This document shows, in pieces, positions 1 to 9,080 of a DNA stretch of 64,000 bases. The first letter of the stretch is position 1; the number at the start of each line of letters is the position of its first letter. Source of the stretch: Bacillota bacterium. Its GTDB lineage: Bacteria > Bacillota > Sulfobacillia > JAJYWN01. Below the pieces are notes generated by a model. The model was not told the DNA's origin. It did not search any database and saw only the letters and a list, made by a program, of their open reading frames with translations. Where the stretch lies: NCBI GenBank assembly GCA_021791495.1, contig JAJYWN010000011.1:1015-65014 (forward strand), read 5' to 3'. Both the position numbers and the translations under genes were made by a program.

Positions 1-186
1 GTACCGGTGACCTACGGAATCGATGTGATCCGTGGCTTCGTGCTGGGCACTAGGACACTCTTGCCGGTGAACCTGGAAGTGACCATCCTGCTTGCTGTCA
101 TGATCGTTTTCGTGTCCGCCGGATACCTCGTCTTCCGTCGGGTCGAACGCATAGTGCGGACCGCAGGGAACCTCGGCTTCCACTAG
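1..186 (+). CDS. ABC-2 type transporter permease, C-terminal fragment (truncated by window edge)
   Basis: Frame 1 reads VPVTYGIDVIRGFVLG...hydrophobic helix...RTAGNLGFH*; PxTYxxDxxR is typical of ABC-2 permease C-termini. Confidence 0.65.
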   Translation, partial: VPVTYGIDVIRGFVLGTRTLLPVNLEVTILLAVMIVFVSAGYLVFRRVERIVRTAGNLGFH

Positions 187-237
187 TGCCGCTAGCGCCG
201 CCGCCGGGTGCCTCGCGACCTTGGGGCGGATCACCGC

Positions 238-1317
238 TCACCAGGTGGCGGCGTGTTCTCCGTAGCCGTCGTTCTCCGAGCGGCGCATGCGCGTCATGAG
301 GTCGGCCACCGCTTCGGCGGGCGCCTTGCCCTGGAAGATCACCTGATAGACCTGTTCAAGGATGGGCATCTCCACCCCACCGCGCGCCGCCAGATCGCGG
401 GCCGCGGCAGTGGTGCGCACACCTTCCACCACCATGGGTGTGCTTCCCAAATGCCTCTCAAGGTTCTCCCCGCGGCCGATGGCCAGGCCGGCGCGCCGGT
501 TTCGGGAGAGGTCGCCGGTGCATGTGAGAAGCAAATCCCCCACCCCGGCCAAGCCGGAGAAGGTCAGGGGATGGGCGTCCAGGGCCACTCCGAGGCGAGT
601 CATTTCGGCCAGCCCCCGGGTGATGACCGCGGCCCGGGCGTTCAGGCCCAGCCCCAGACCGTCGGCGATGCCGGTGCAGATGGCGTAGACGTTCTTCAGG
701 GCCCCGGCGATCTCCACCCCGACTACGTCGGGAGACGTGTACACCCGTAAAGCGGGGCTGACCAGCGCGTCCTGGACCGCTTCGGCCCACTCGCGGCGGG
801 CGGAAGCCACGACCGTCGCTGCCGGTTGGCGCCGGGCCACTTCCGCGGCGAAATTCGGCCCAGAAATGACGGCCACGCCCGGCTCCTCGGGGCCCCCCGC
901 CCCTTCCGCCCCGACCGACTTGCCCTGGCCCAGTAACAACTCTTCGGCCAGGACTTCGGACATACGCTTGAAGGTGTCGGTCTCCAGACCCTTGGCGGCA
1001 CTGGCGAAAACGCGCGGCCCTCGCCGGTGGCACCGTACTGCCTCCCGGAGCACGGCACGCAAGCCGTGTGAAGGCACTGCCAGGATGACGACGGCGGCCC
1101 CTTCCAGGGCATCGCCCAGTTCGGAGGTGACGTGGACTTCGTCGGGAATCCGAACGCCCGCCAGATAACGGTCGTTACAGCGCGTGGCCGCCACTTCCGC
1201 CGCGAATTCGGGGCGCCGGGCCCATAGCCAGGACGGGCGGCCGTTGGTGGCCACCACAGAGGCCAGGGCCGTGCCCCAGCCTCCAGCCCCCAGGACGGCA
1301 ACTTTTCCGTCAGTCAC
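238..1317 (-). CDS. gpsA: NAD(P)H-dependent glycerol-3-phosphate dehydrogenase
   Basis: GAGGWGTALA Rossmann motif, SGPNFA, GALKN, GxGDLLLTC and SRN motifs; GTG start overlaps the plsY stop; der-plsY-gpsA synteny. Confidence 0.95.
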   Translation of the reverse strand: MTDGKVAVLGAGGWGTALASVVATNGRPSWLWARRPEFAAEVAATRCNDRYLAGVRIPDEVHVTSELGDALEGAAVVILAVPSHGLRAVLREAVRCHRRGPRVFASAAKGLETDTFKRMSEVLAEELLLGQGKSVGAEGAGGPEEPGVAVISGPNFAAEVARRQPAATVVASARREWAEAVQDALVSPALRVYTSPDVVGVEIAGALKNVYAICTGIADGLGLGLNARAAVITRGLAEMTRLGVALDAHPLTFSGLAGVGDLLLTCTGDLSRNRRAGLAIGRGENLERHLGSTPMVVEGVRTTAAARDLAARGGVEMPILEQVYQVIFQGKAPAEAVADLMTRMRRSENDGYGEHAATW

Positions 1318-1996
1318 CTTGATGCCCACCTTTCGCACCCTTCGACGTCCCTGTCTCCGCTCCCGTCCCCGACCCCGGGTCCACTCGCTGTCCAAACTTT
1401 GACTCGGTGCCGGCCAAGAGGCGACGCAGGTTGGATTGGTGCCGGTACAGGATGATGGCCGCGGCGTAGACCAAGAAGAGACGGTACGGCAGCGGCAGGC
1501 CAGGCCAGAAAAGACCAAGGACCGCCGCGACAGCGGCACCCGCCATGGACCCCAGCGAGACATAGCGGGTAGCGACGACCAGGACGAGGAAGACGACCAC
1601 GGCCGCCGCGCCCAGAGCCGGCATGAAGAACAAGAGCACCCCGGAACTGGCCGCCACGCTCTTCCCGCCCTTAAAACCAAGGAAGATGGACCAGCTATGC
1701 CCGGTGATGACCGCGGCGCCGCCGATGGCCACGCCCCAGAAGGGATCTCCCGTGACGTACCGTCCCAGCAAGGCCGCGACGAGTCCTTTAGATACGTCCA
1801 GCAGGGCGACGACGATGGCCAGACCGGCCCCGAAGACCCTTAACGTGTTGGTGGCGCCGATCGCGCCGCTGCCGTGTTTGCGGATGTCCACGCCGCGGGT
1901 TTTCCCGGCCAGGTAGCCGAAGGGCACTGAACCTAACAGATATCCCAGGATGGCCGCGACCGCCACGCTGGTCGCGGAAAGGCTGGCGGGCTGCAT
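1310..1996 (-). CDS. plsY: Glycerol-3-phosphate acyltransferase PlsY
   Basis: YLLGSVPFG, GSGAIGATN, FKGGKSVA and HQSNLRRLLAGTE motifs. Confidence 0.95.
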   Translation of the reverse strand: MQPASLSATSVAVAAILGYLLGSVPFGYLAGKTRGVDIRKHGSGAIGATNTLRVFGAGLAIVVALLDVSKGLVAALLGRYVTGDPFWGVAIGGAAVITGHSWSIFLGFKGGKSVAASSGVLLFFMPALGAAAVVVFLVLVVATRYVSLGSMAGAAVAAVLGLFWPGLPLPYRLFLVYAAAIILYRHQSNLRRLLAGTESKFGQRVDPGSGTGAETGTSKGAKGGHQGD

Positions 1997-2003
1997 GTGG
2001 CGA

Positions 2004-3323
2004 TTACCCCTTTCGGTCCTTGGCCCGGAAGACGAACCGCAACGGAGTGCCCGAGTAATCGTAGCGGTCGCGGATTTGGTTCTCCAGGTAACGGTGGTAG
2101 GAATAGTGGACCAGTTCCGGATCGTTCACTAGGAAAATGAAGGTGGGTGGGCGCACCGCCGCCTGGTTCACCAAGTGCACCTTCAACCGGCGCCCCTTGT
2201 CGGCGCGCGGCGGGTTAATGACCATGGCCTCTTTCACCAAGTCGGTGAGCTTGTTCGTGGGCACCTCGGCCGTTTGCGACCGGGCGATCTCGTCGATGGT
2301 CTCCATCACCCGCGGCAGGCGCTGCCCAGTCTTGGCCGAGATGAACAGGACCGGCGCGTAGGGCATGAAGGCCAGGCCTTGGCGAAGCTTCTCCTCAAAA
2401 CGCGGCGCGCTCTTCTCGTCCTTCTCCACCAGGTCCCACTTGTTGACGACCAGCGCCGCGCCGCGCCCCGCTTCGTGCACGTACCCGGCGATGCGCTGGT
2501 CCTGCTCCGTCAGGCCCTCAACGGCGTCGATAAGGATGAGGCAGATGTGGGCGCGGTCCACGGCTTTCAGGGTCCGGATGACCCCGTACCGCTCGACCGG
2601 CGACGTGATACGGGCCTTACGGCGCAATCCGGCGGTATCCACCAGGACATAGCGCCGTCCGTCCTTCACCAGTTCGGTGTCGATGGCGTCGCGCGTGGTG
2701 CCCGGAATGTCGCTGACGATGACCCGATCCTGGCCCAGCAGCGCATTGACGAGGGACGACTTCCCGACGTTCGGGCGGCCCACCACGGCGACCCGCACCC
2801 CCGGGCCCTCCTCTTCTTCCCCATCCGGAGCCGGAAGCCGCTGGACGATGGCCTCCAGTAAGTCGCCGATGCCCAGTCCATGCTCGGCCGAGACCGGCAA
2901 CGGATCACCCAACCCCAGGGAGTAGAACTCGCCGACCTGCTGCTCGATCTCAAGGGTATCCGCCTTGTTGGCCACCAGCAGCACCGGCTTGGAACTCCGT
3001 CTCAATACCTCAGCTACCTCGGGGTCGCTGGGCGACAACCCCTCGCGAGCGTCCACCACCATGAGGACCAAATCGGCATCGCCGATAGCCAGCTCGGCCT
3101 GGCGGATGGTCATTTCGCGGATGTTCTCTTTACTGCCGAACTCCATGCCGCCCGTGTCCACCAGGGTGAAGACGCGGCCATCCCACTCGGCATCGGCGTA
3201 AATGCGGTCGCGCGTGACTCCGGGCTCCGCTTCGACGATGGCGATGCGGCTCTGGGTCAGGCGGTTGAACAGCGACGATTTGCCCACGTTCACACGCCCC
3301 ACGATGGCAACGACCGGTTTCAA
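2004..3323 (-). CDS. der: Ribosome biogenesis GTPase Der (EngA)
   Basis: Two tandem GTPase domains (GRxNVGKSSL, GVTRD/GTTRD, DTGG/DTAG, NKxD); TTG start with AGGAGGTG RBS. Confidence 0.97.
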   Translation of the reverse strand: MKPVVAIVGRVNVGKSSLFNRLTQSRIAIVEAEPGVTRDRIYADAEWDGRVFTLVDTGGMEFGSKENIREMTIRQAELAIGDADLVLMVVDAREGLSPSDPEVAEVLRRSSKPVLLVANKADTLEIEQQVGEFYSLGLGDPLPVSAEHGLGIGDLLEAIVQRLPAPDGEEEEGPGVRVAVVGRPNVGKSSLVNALLGQDRVIVSDIPGTTRDAIDTELVKDGRRYVLVDTAGLRRKARITSPVERYGVIRTLKAVDRAHICLILIDAVEGLTEQDQRIAGYVHEAGRGAALVVNKWDLVEKDEKSAPRFEEKLRQGLAFMPYAPVLFISAKTGQRLPRVMETIDEIARSQTAEVPTNKLTDLVKEAMVINPPRADKGRRLKVHLVNQAAVRPPTFIFLVNDPELVHYSYHRYLENQIRDRYDYSGTPLRFVFRAKDRKG

Positions 3324-4738
3324 CCCGCCACCTCCTTGAGTTTTGAGACCAGCGACCGCCCGTCGGCCGGTACCACTTCCACGGCCAGTCCGGTGGCGAC
3401 AGCCACGTCTTCCGGGGACAGGTCGTCAAGGAAGACACCGTCCCCTTCCCTCACGGTCACCGATGGAAGGAAGACGTGCTCCGGACGGCGCCCGGCACCG
3501 ACTTGGGCCTCGAGGGCCCGCCGGATATCTTCGCCGGAAAGAAGACCGGCCACGGTCACCGAAGGGCCGAGGAACTGGTTCTCCACCGGTACTACCGAAA
3601 CCTGGGCGCCGCTGACCTTCTCCAACCTGGGGATGAGTCCGGCCAGCACCGGCGCGAAAAGTGTGCCGGTAACGAGAGCCACTTGCGGGCGGCGGCGGGC
3701 GACCGCCCGTGGCTGGACCCCAGACCGCTCCGGGACCTTCTCCGCCGGAAGCGCGCCTGCCGCCGGACGGGCCCGGGCGACATCGTCCAGGAAGAGACGT
3801 ACCAGTCCGACCCCATTCGCGAGCTGCGGGAAGTCACCGTAGAAGCGCCGCCCCGGAACGCTTTTTCCGGCTTTCAGGTAGAATTCGTCGCTGGCATAGA
3901 GGAAGTCCGCGACCCCATGGTCCCGGCCCAATTCGTCCCGTAACCCTTCCAACTGGCTCAGCACTTCGCGGGCCTTCTCCCGGTCCACCGGGGACACCGC
4001 GGGAAGATCGGAGCGGTGGCCAGTCAAGCCCACGGGCACCACTGCTAAGGAGGCGACGCCAGGCCACAGACCGCCCAGGTCCCGCACGGTCTGGTCCAGT
4101 ACGGCGCCGTCGTTGATTCCGGGGCAGAGCACCACCTGACCATGAACGGTGATGCCGGCTCCGGTGAGCTGACGCAGCCGGTCCATGACCCCGGCCGCGC
4201 CCCACCCCATCATGAACGTCCGCACCTGGTCGGAGGTGGCGTGGACCGACACGTATAGCGGCGAAAGACGGTACTCTGTAATGCGCCGGAGGTCGGCCGC
4301 GGAGAGGTTGGTCATGGTGACGTACGCACCTTGGAGAAAGGAGAGGCGGAAATCGTCGTCCTTGATGTAGAGCGATGGCCGACGGCCTTTCGGCATCTGG
4401 TCGACGAAGCAAAAACGGCAGCGGTTCCGGCAGACCGCCAGCCGGTCGAAAACGGCCGACCCGAAGGACAGGCCCAGGCCGTCGTCACAGTCCTTCTCGA
4501 TGTCCACGACCCACTCTTCGCCCGAAGGTTTGACCACTTTCAACTGGATCTCTTCAGCGGCGACGGCGTAGCGGTAGTCGATGAGGTCACGGAGCTTCCG
4601 GCCGTCCACGGATACCAGAACGTCACCGGGTTCGAGGCCCACCTGCGCCCCGATGCTACCCGGCTCCACGGCGGTGATCTCGCCTCCGGCCACCTTGACC
4701 GCGGTGGGAGACGAGGTATGACCGGACCCAGTGCCCAT
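3320..4738 (-). CDS. DUF512 family PDZ / radical-SAM-like Fe-S protein
   Basis: N-terminal PDZ-like segment, CRNRCRFCFVDQ (CxxxCxxC), KDDDFRLSFL; usual neighbour of der. Confidence 0.88.
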   Translation of the reverse strand: MGTGSGHTSSPTAVKVAGGEITAVEPGSIGAQVGLEPGDVLVSVDGRKLRDLIDYRYAVAAEEIQLKVVKPSGEEWVVDIEKDCDDGLGLSFGSAVFDRLAVCRNRCRFCFVDQMPKGRRPSLYIKDDDFRLSFLQGAYVTMTNLSAADLRRITEYRLSPLYVSVHATSDQVRTFMMGWGAAGVMDRLRQLTGAGITVHGQVVLCPGINDGAVLDQTVRDLGGLWPGVASLAVVPVGLTGHRSDLPAVSPVDREKAREVLSQLEGLRDELGRDHGVADFLYASDEFYLKAGKSVPGRRFYGDFPQLANGVGLVRLFLDDVARARPAAGALPAEKVPERSGVQPRAVARRRPQVALVTGTLFAPVLAGLIPRLEKVSGAQVSVVPVENQFLGPSVTVAGLLSGEDIRRALEAQVGAGRRPEHVFLPSVTVREGDGVFLDDLSPEDVAVATGLAVEVVPADGRSLVSKLKEVAG

Positions 4739-4764
4739 GAATTAGAACCTCGTATTAAGACCTG

Positions 4765-5781
4765 TTACTGTTCATTATCCGGCAGGCTCACGCGACCGTC
4801 AAGGGAAAGGCGCGGAACGACGCCTTCTACCAGCCTGATGAAGGAGTAGTAGCGCTGCAGGACCCCCGCCACCGCCAAAGGGCGCCCCCACCACGGCAGG
4901 CCCAGGCCCCGCGACACGAACCCGCCGAGTTTGGCCAGCCAATTGGCGGCTGTCAGGCTGTTGACCATCGTGAGGGAGCCATCGGGTAGTCCATAGGACT
5001 TGACCAAGTCGTTGATGGCGCGCACCAGAATGTGTTTTCCGGTGGCCAGACCGACGATGTACACCTCGCGCCCGTCCCGGTCGTCCCCGATGTAGAACAC
5101 GGTGCCGAGCAGCTTGGCGCTGACACGGTCGAAATGCGGCAAGGCCAGGACTTCCTCCGGCGTCGGTTTGCGCCTGACCGGTAGTTTCCTGGTGTGGATG
5201 GCCGAGGCCACCACCGAGGAGTGAGAACTGCCGTAGCAGTGGTACAGTACTTTCGGCCCCGGACGGGTCGCCAAGGGGGCGGGCGACGGCGATACGCCAC
5301 GTTCTTGGGCTACCCTTGTCAGGCGGCGCTCGACCTCGCCCCGTGTCCGGTCGACGATTCTCTTGATGTTCAAGAATCCCTTGCGGGTCCCCCAAGCCAC
5401 CAGGGGGCGCCCGATGGTAACCAGGCCCAACCCGCGTGACAGGACGCCCCCGAGGCGCATGGCCAGGTTCACGCCGGGGAGGGTGTCCGTCATGACCAAG
5501 TCGTCGTGGGGAATGCCGTAAGCTAAGGCTATCCCCCGGAGGGCCCGGCGGGCGATAGTGTGGTAGCGGCGGCAGCCCAGGACGTAGACCTCGACCCCAG
5601 GCTGGGCGTCGCCGATATACGTCAACCGCCCGTGGTCGGCCGGAGTGGCCTGGTCGAAATGAGGCAGCCGCCTTATTTCCGCCGCAGTGGGACGCCGCTC
5701 ACCGGACAGGGCCCCCGTGTGGAGGGAGGCGGCCAGGACCGATGAATGGGCCCCACCGTAGTCGTAATAAACGACTTTCAA
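4765..5781 (-). CDS. Tandem DUF3189-family protein (two domains)
   Basis: Motif YxxYGxxHSSVxAxxxH...LPHFD...YIGD...VY occurs twice in one ORF. Confidence 0.8.
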   Translation of the reverse strand: MKVVYYDYGGAHSSVLAASLHTGALSGERRPTAAEIRRLPHFDQATPADHGRLTYIGDAQPGVEVYVLGCRRYHTIARRALRGIALAYGIPHDDLVMTDTLPGVNLAMRLGGVLSRGLGLVTIGRPLVAWGTRKGFLNIKRIVDRTRGEVERRLTRVAQERGVSPSPAPLATRPGPKVLYHCYGSSHSSVVASAIHTRKLPVRRKPTPEEVLALPHFDRVSAKLLGTVFYIGDDRDGREVYIVGLATGKHILVRAINDLVKSYGLPDGSLTMVNSLTAANWLAKLGGFVSRGLGLPWWGRPLAVAGVLQRYYSFIRLVEGVVPRLSLDGRVSLPDNEQ

Positions 5782-5783
5782 GG

Positions 5784-7037
5784 TTACCTCACGGGCTGAC
5801 GGTTGCGTTTCCGCCGCCGGAAAGGCCGGCGACCGTCACTGGTGCCCTCGCCGGTGCTTTCTCGTCTCCCCGCCAGCGCCCGGCCTCTGGCCCAGCGGAA
5901 CCGGCCGAAGAAGCTGGCCATCTCCGTGGACCACAGCTGCCGGAGCTTCTGGCGGGCCTCCGGCCAGTTGCCGGCATTGATGAACAGGAAAGCCGCCCCG
6001 CCCACCAGGACGAGCCCGAGGATCCAGGCCAGGGCAGTCAGAAAGCCCGTGTTCTGCATGGCAGCTCCGCCGCCCAGGGAACTGCCGGTGCTTTGGCCCT
6101 TCAGGAAGCTGGGCAGGGTCTGCCCGACGAAGGTGGCCGCCTGTTCGGCTTCGGCTTTGGGGTTATTCTCGCCCCCAAACTCCAGCAGGAGCGCCCGCGG
6201 GTAAAGGTCCTGGTTGTACTTGCCCACGGCCATGAAAATGCCCTTGACCAGGCCGGGGAATTTCTGGTCCAGCGCTGCTTTCAAGCTCTTGGCGACGCCA
6301 AGGTTCGCGCTCTCGGTGGGGTTGCCGCGGCCCACCACGATCATGACTTTGGTGACCAAGGCGTCGGCCACGGTCGTCTCGTAGGCCGACACGGGCGCGC
6401 TATCGCGGTGGACGTCCAATAGCAGCGTGGGCCGCTTCTTCAGCAGCTGCGTGGCGGTCCGCTTGGACCGGTCGTAGGCGGCGGCGTCGTGGGGGTTGTG
6501 CAGCGCCGGGTCCTGCGTCGCATCCAACCCGCCCTTCTTAGCCGCCAAAGCCAGGGCGGTCCCCACGGCATAGATACCGCCGTGTCCGTCGATACTCGAA
6601 GTACCGTCCCCCGGGATGTAGGATTCGTCACTATGGGTGTGATAGATGGCCACCAAAGGCTTTCCGCCGCTGGTCTGGGCGGACACGGCCTCGGGTGCGG
6701 CTCCCGCATAACCGGTCCCGGTGAGGCCCGCCTCGACCGGCTCCCGTCCGACCTCACGGGCGCGGGCGCGCAGGCCGATGACCTCGAAGACCTCGAACCT
6801 CCGGTTATCACTGTCGATGAAGACATCCCCGACGTTGACGTAGAGGCCTGTCTGCAGGATCACCCGGCCGGACTCGTCCTCGACCGTGTAGTACTGTCTG
6901 GGCAGCTCTTCCTGGCCAAAAGGAGGGGCCGTGGCGGCGCCGGCGGCGGGTCCCCCGGCCAACATCAGACCCACTGTGACCGTCAGCGTCACGGACATGG
7001 CCAAACGAGCCCACACAGCCCACCGGGGGTTACTCAT
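5784..7037 (-). CDS. spoIIP: Stage II sporulation protein P (autolysin)
   Basis: IYHTHSDESY, HD..AY.RS, DVHRD, YNQDL and LLEFGG motifs; N-terminal signal/TM segment. Confidence 0.92.
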   Translation of the reverse strand: MSNPRWAVWARLAMSVTLTVTVGLMLAGGPAAGAATAPPFGQEELPRQYYTVEDESGRVILQTGLYVNVGDVFIDSDNRRFEVFEVIGLRARAREVGREPVEAGLTGTGYAGAAPEAVSAQTSGGKPLVAIYHTHSDESYIPGDGTSSIDGHGGIYAVGTALALAAKKGGLDATQDPALHNPHDAAAYDRSKRTATQLLKKRPTLLLDVHRDSAPVSAYETTVADALVTKVMIVVGRGNPTESANLGVAKSLKAALDQKFPGLVKGIFMAVGKYNQDLYPRALLLEFGGENNPKAEAEQAATFVGQTLPSFLKGQSTGSSLGGGAAMQNTGFLTALAWILGLVLVGGAAFLFINAGNWPEARQKLRQLWSTEMASFFGRFRWARGRALAGRRESTGEGTSDGRRPFRRRKRNRQPVR

Positions 7038-7770
7038 TCTCTTCACCGTCCTTGGGAGGCCGGTTGCGTTTGCGGTGCCGGTGTTCCCGGCCCGGCTGGG
7101 AACCGGGTTGGGCTAGCTCGTCGCGGGAAGGATCGCCGCCGCGTTTCTGCTGTGGGCCCCCTTGCAGGCGTTCGCGTGTCTCGCCGATGACTTCGGCCAG
7201 GAAGACGGCCAGCAGACCCGCGATGATAGTGGTGTCGAAGGCGCCGGCTCCACCCAGCCACGTCCGTCCAGGGGACCTGGTCACCAGGAGCTGGACGTAG
7301 TGAGCCAGGTCCGCCAGGATCACTCCCAGCACGCCTGCCACGAAGGCGCCGCGCCGGGAGCGCCCGAAGAGGTAAGCCACCAGCCCGCCGGCAATGGCGT
7401 AGACATAGGTGGGGTCGATGTAGGCCCGCTCCTCGGGTCCGGCGGGCATGAGACGCCCGGCAGCGTAGATGGCCGCACCGGTCACCACCGCCCCCAAGGT
7501 GCCGCGGACTTTCTCCCACGTCGTGTCGGCGGTGACGATCAGCCAGATCGCCAGAACAGCCGGGACGATGGCGCCACCGACGTTTACGAGTAACCGCATT
7601 GGTCCCGGCACCAGAGTCACGTCCAAGAAACTGCCGACAATGATCAGGGCGATGACACCCAGGGCGGCCCGGTCGGTGAGACGCATCCGGTCCAGGACTC
7701 TTTCGGCCAAGCCGAAATAGATCAGGACCGCGACCACGATCAAGAGGATCAACCCGATGGGCAAAGGCAA
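7030..7770 (-). CDS. DUF1614-family membrane protein
   Basis: Multi-TM protein with NVGGAIVP and LGGAGAFD motifs; usual partner of spoIIP. Confidence 0.8.
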   Translation of the reverse strand: MPLPIGLILLIVVAVLIYFGLAERVLDRMRLTDRAALGVIALIIVGSFLDVTLVPGPMRLLVNVGGAIVPAVLAIWLIVTADTTWEKVRGTLGAVVTGAAIYAAGRLMPAGPEERAYIDPTYVYAIAGGLVAYLFGRSRRGAFVAGVLGVILADLAHYVQLLVTRSPGRTWLGGAGAFDTTIIAGLLAVFLAEVIGETRERLQGGPQQKRGGDPSRDELAQPGSQPGREHRHRKRNRPPKDGEENE

Positions 7771-7830
7771 GGGACCTACCTCCCTAAAAACCGGTGTGCG
7801 CTTCCCAAAAAACGCAGGGAATCGCAGGTT

Positions 7831-7860
7831 TAGGTTAACCCGGTCCCAGGGTGATAATTC
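7831..7860 (-). promoter_or_regulatory. Putative sigma-F-like promoter for DUF1614-spoIIP
   Basis: GAATT-N15-GGTTAACCTA resembles GYATA-N15-GGnnAnnnTR. Confidence 0.3.
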
Positions 7861-7862
7861 GG

Positions 7863-9080
7863 CTAGCTTTGGGTATTGCGCCGTCCGCGCGCCGCCGCCC
7901 AGTCCCGCGCCAGACCGCTCAGGACCACGGGTAGGTAGGCCGCCGGACCCACGCCGGCGGCCCCCGACAGCAGCAGGACTTCCCTGATCTGGTCCAGGAA
8001 GCCGCGAAGGTAAACTTCCGCACCCCGGGGGCCGCCGGCGTCAAGGGCCCTCAAGAGGGGCGCGGCCACGGAGACAGCCTTGGCTCCCAAGGCGAAGGCT
8101 TTCACCGCATCCAGTCCGGAACGGATCCCGCCGCCGGCCACCACGTCTAGGCCGCTGCCGGCGACCTCCAGAAGAGAGATGGCCGTCGGGAGCCCCCAAC
8201 TGTAGTGCGCCGGCCGGTGTTCCGACTCCCTGCCCCCAGCCCGCCCGGCGGCTCCCCCGGTCTCCCCGCCCGGCGCCAGACGTCTGGCCGCGGCGCGGCG
8301 GCGTTCCACGTCGCGGAAATCTGTGCCGCCCGCTCCACCCACGTCGATGGCGGCCACGCCGGCTTCCTTCAAGCGGCGGGCGTGCTCCCGGGCGATGCCG
8401 GCCCCGACCTCCTTCACTATTACCGGGAAAGGCACCGCCGCGCAAACGCGCTCGATGGCCGCCAACCGTCCGCGGAAATCCCGGTCGCCTTCAGGCATGG
8501 CCAATTCCTGGGCGGCGTTCAGGTGGAGCTGCAGGGCATCGGCGTGCAGGACATCCGCCGCCCGTTTGGCGTCGTCAGGGGACGAACCGGCGGGCAGATT
8601 GGCAAAGATGATGCCGTGGGGGTTCTCATCCCGGACTACCGAGAAGGTTGCCAAGGCCTCCGGAGACTCACGGAGAATGGTCTGCGAACCAACGGCGATG
8701 GCCGCGCCGGCCAGCGCGGCGGCGCGCGATAAGGCCCGATTCGCCTCCAGGCCGCGGGCTGTGCCGCCGGTCATGGCGTTGACCACGACGGGTGTGGCCA
8801 AGCGCAGGCCGGCGACGGAAGTCGTCAAGTCAATGGAGGCCAGGTCCAATTCGGGCAGACAGTCAGGTATGAGGTGGACGTCACTGAAATGTGTCGACGG
8901 AAACGAGGACTCAGGCGCGGAAACAGCGCCAGCTTCACCCATGTCCTCAGGAGTCCTGAGTACCGCTTCGAGATGTTCGTCCTTTCTTCGGGCCCGCAGA
9001 CCTAGCTGCTGGTTTGGCGGCGGGTTTGGAGCCCGGCGCCCCGGCGCCATCATAACCGGCGGCCGATTCCTTGGTGGCAT
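7863..9080 (-). CDS. fni: Type 2 isopentenyl-diphosphate delta-isomerase
   Basis: RKDEHL, NAMTGG, GSQ, HLNAAQE, EGDRDF, KEVG and GAGGT motifs; strong RBS GGAGGTGAGGAG before ATG 9080. Confidence 0.93.
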   Translation of the reverse strand: MPPRNRPPVMMAPGRRAPNPPPNQQLGLRARRKDEHLEAVLRTPEDMGEAGAVSAPESSFPSTHFSDVHLIPDCLPELDLASIDLTTSVAGLRLATPVVVNAMTGGTARGLEANRALSRAAALAGAAIAVGSQTILRESPEALATFSVVRDENPHGIIFANLPAGSSPDDAKRAADVLHADALQLHLNAAQELAMPEGDRDFRGRLAAIERVCAAVPFPVIVKEVGAGIAREHARRLKEAGVAAIDVGGAGGTDFRDVERRRAAARRLAPGGETGGAAGRAGGRESEHRPAHYSWGLPTAISLLEVAGSGLDVVAGGGIRSGLDAVKAFALGAKAVSVAAPLLRALDAGGPRGAEVYLRGFLDQIREVLLLSGAAGVGPAAYLPVVLSGLARDWAAARGRRNTQS

